A stretch of 64,000 nucleotides of DNA from Mobula hypostoma (lineage: Eukaryota), in NCBI RefSeq assembly GCF_963921235.1, contig NC_086097.1:146074001-146138000 (forward strand). Direction: 5' to 3'. The first letter of the stretch is position 1. Each line of letters begins with the position of its first letter. Of this stretch, positions 62,471 to 64,000 are shown piece by piece. The notes below the pieces were generated by a model. That model saw only the letters and a program-made list of their open reading frames with translations, was not told the DNA's origin and searched no databases. Made by a program: the position numbers and the translations under genes.

Positions 62471-62767
62471 TAATGTTTTGTCCATTGAATTGCTGCTCGC
62501 TGAATGATTGCATCATTTTCTGTAATATCTAGAGACTGTGGGTGAAAGTCCCAGAAGTTTAGCAGTTTTTGAGATACCTAACTACACCCTCTGGCAACAA
62601 TAATCATTCCACAGTCAAAGTCACTTAGATCTCATTTGCTCTTCATTCTGATGTGTGGCTACGAATCGCTGTTGGTTTATCCCATTGATATACCCTATTA
62701 GCATGCTTTGTATTTCATTTTACAAAACCCCCCGCACCACCCATTCATCCTCTTCATAAATTATTTT

Positions 62768-63808
62768 CAGAATCAGATTTATTATCACTGGCATGTGTCG
62801 TGAAATTTATTAACTTAGCAGCAGCAGTACAATGCAATACATAATATAGAAGAAGAAAAAAAAATTAATAAGTAAATTACAGTATACATTGAATAGATTA
62901 AAAATTGTGCAAAGAACAGAAGTAATATATATTAAAAGGTGAGGTAGTGTTCATGGGTTCAATGTCCATTTAGGAATCGAATGGCAGAGGGGAAGAAGCT
63001 GTTCCTGAATCGCTGAGTGTGTGTCTTCAGGCTTCTGTACCTCCTACCTGATGGTAACAGTGAGAAAAGGGCATTCCCTGGGTGCTGGAGGTCCTTAATA
63101 ATGGACGCTGCCTTTCTGAGACACCGCTCCTTGAAGATGTCCTGGGTAATTTGTAGGTGAATACCCAAGATGGAGCTGACTAGATTTACAACCTTCTGCA
63201 GCTTCTTTCGGTCCTCTGCAGTAGCCCCTCCATACCAGACAGTGATGCAGCCTGTCAGAATGCTCTCCACAATACATCTATAGAAGTTTTTGAGTGTATT
63301 TGTTGACATGCCAAATCTCTTCAAACTCCTAATGAAGTATAGTCGCTGTTTTGCCTTCTTTATAACTGCATCAATATGTTGAGACCAGGTTAGGTCCTCA
63401 GAAATCTTGACACCCAGGAAGTTGAAACTGCTCACTCTATCCACTTCTGATCTCTCTATGAGGATTGGTATGTGTTCCTTTGTCTTACCCTTCCTGAAGT
63501 CCACAATCAGCTCTTTCATCTTATGAACACTGAGTACAAGGTTGTTGCTCCAACACCACTTCACTAGTTGGCATATCTCTCTCCTGTATGCCCTCTCGTC
63601 TCCATCTGAGATTCTACCAACAATTATTGTATCATCAGCAAATTTATAGATTGTGTTTGAGCTATGCCTAGCCACACAATCGTGGGTATAGAGAGAGTAG
63701 AGCAGTGGACTAAGCACACACCGCTGAGGTGCACCAATGTTGATCGTCAGCGAGGAGGAGACGTTATCACCAATCCACACAGATTGTGATCTTCTGGTTA
63801 GGAAGTCC
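62768..63808 (-). mobile_element. Rex1/Babar LINE, 5'-truncated, with an open C-terminal RT frame
   Basis: 273-aa ORF 62959-63780 (GAPQRCVLSPLLYSLYTHDC..KFADD..FFPSAIRFLN); tail GATAATAAATCTGATTCTGA. Confidence 0.92.
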
Positions 63809-64000
63809 CCAGCATCTATAATGACAATTGTAGAGCTAATGGATTTTCATAAAAACACCCCGGGTTTCCTTCAAGGAAATAAATCTGTCTTCCTTAATTA
63901 GGCTGCTTCTCTCATTTTTTTTAAAAATAGCATTACCATCTGATATTACTACTTTTTCATGTGCCTTGCGCGTTACACACTTGGGCGATCATGGCTCTCG

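Larger units (their letters stand above)
59723..62660 (-). mobile_element. Tc1-family element (same family as 35394) split into 59723-59875 and about 62510-62660 by nested retro-insertions
   Basis: Doubled TIR at 59723-59783; 62510-62660 is the reverse complement of about 35815-35960. Confidence 0.7.

Noticed and set aside
1..64000. Apparent minus-strand excess of retroelements as evidence for a + strand host gene
   Set aside because: There are too few independent insertions and several large + strand copies, so the bias is not convincing.

Overview
Eukaryotic, repeat-dominated intronic or intergenic DNA. The repeat set (abundant CR1 LINEs, Penelope-like elements, V-SINE/HE1-type and CORE SINEs, Rex1/Babar LINEs) points to a cartilaginous fish, probably a ray; the taxon is inferred. 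I recognise no intact host protein-coding gene, rRNA, genuine tRNA or CRISPR array, and nearly all long ORFs are retroelement remnants. By eye, well over half the window is transposable element, often nested: CR1 (one apparently full length, one young with near-intact ORF2), Penelope (RT plus GIY-YIG, with minimal hammerhead ribozyme motifs), L1, Rex1/Babar, RTE, a decayed Gypsy with a related solo LTR, Tc1, mariner and hAT derivatives. The most interesting signals are mechanistic. (1) A head-to-head inverted Penelope pair sits inside one 16-bp TSD. (2) A 30-bp minisatellite is amplified from the Penelope RT 'NPNLTIKPAD' motif at the element's truncation point. (3) A retro-insertion junction contains a 38-bp inverted copy of DNA from about 1 kb away. 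(4) There is a pre-miRNA-like hairpin at 9.8 kb. (5) Clustered canonical splice signals suggest an unannotated minus-strand non-coding transcript. Element boundaries are approximate unless a TSD or TIR is quoted.
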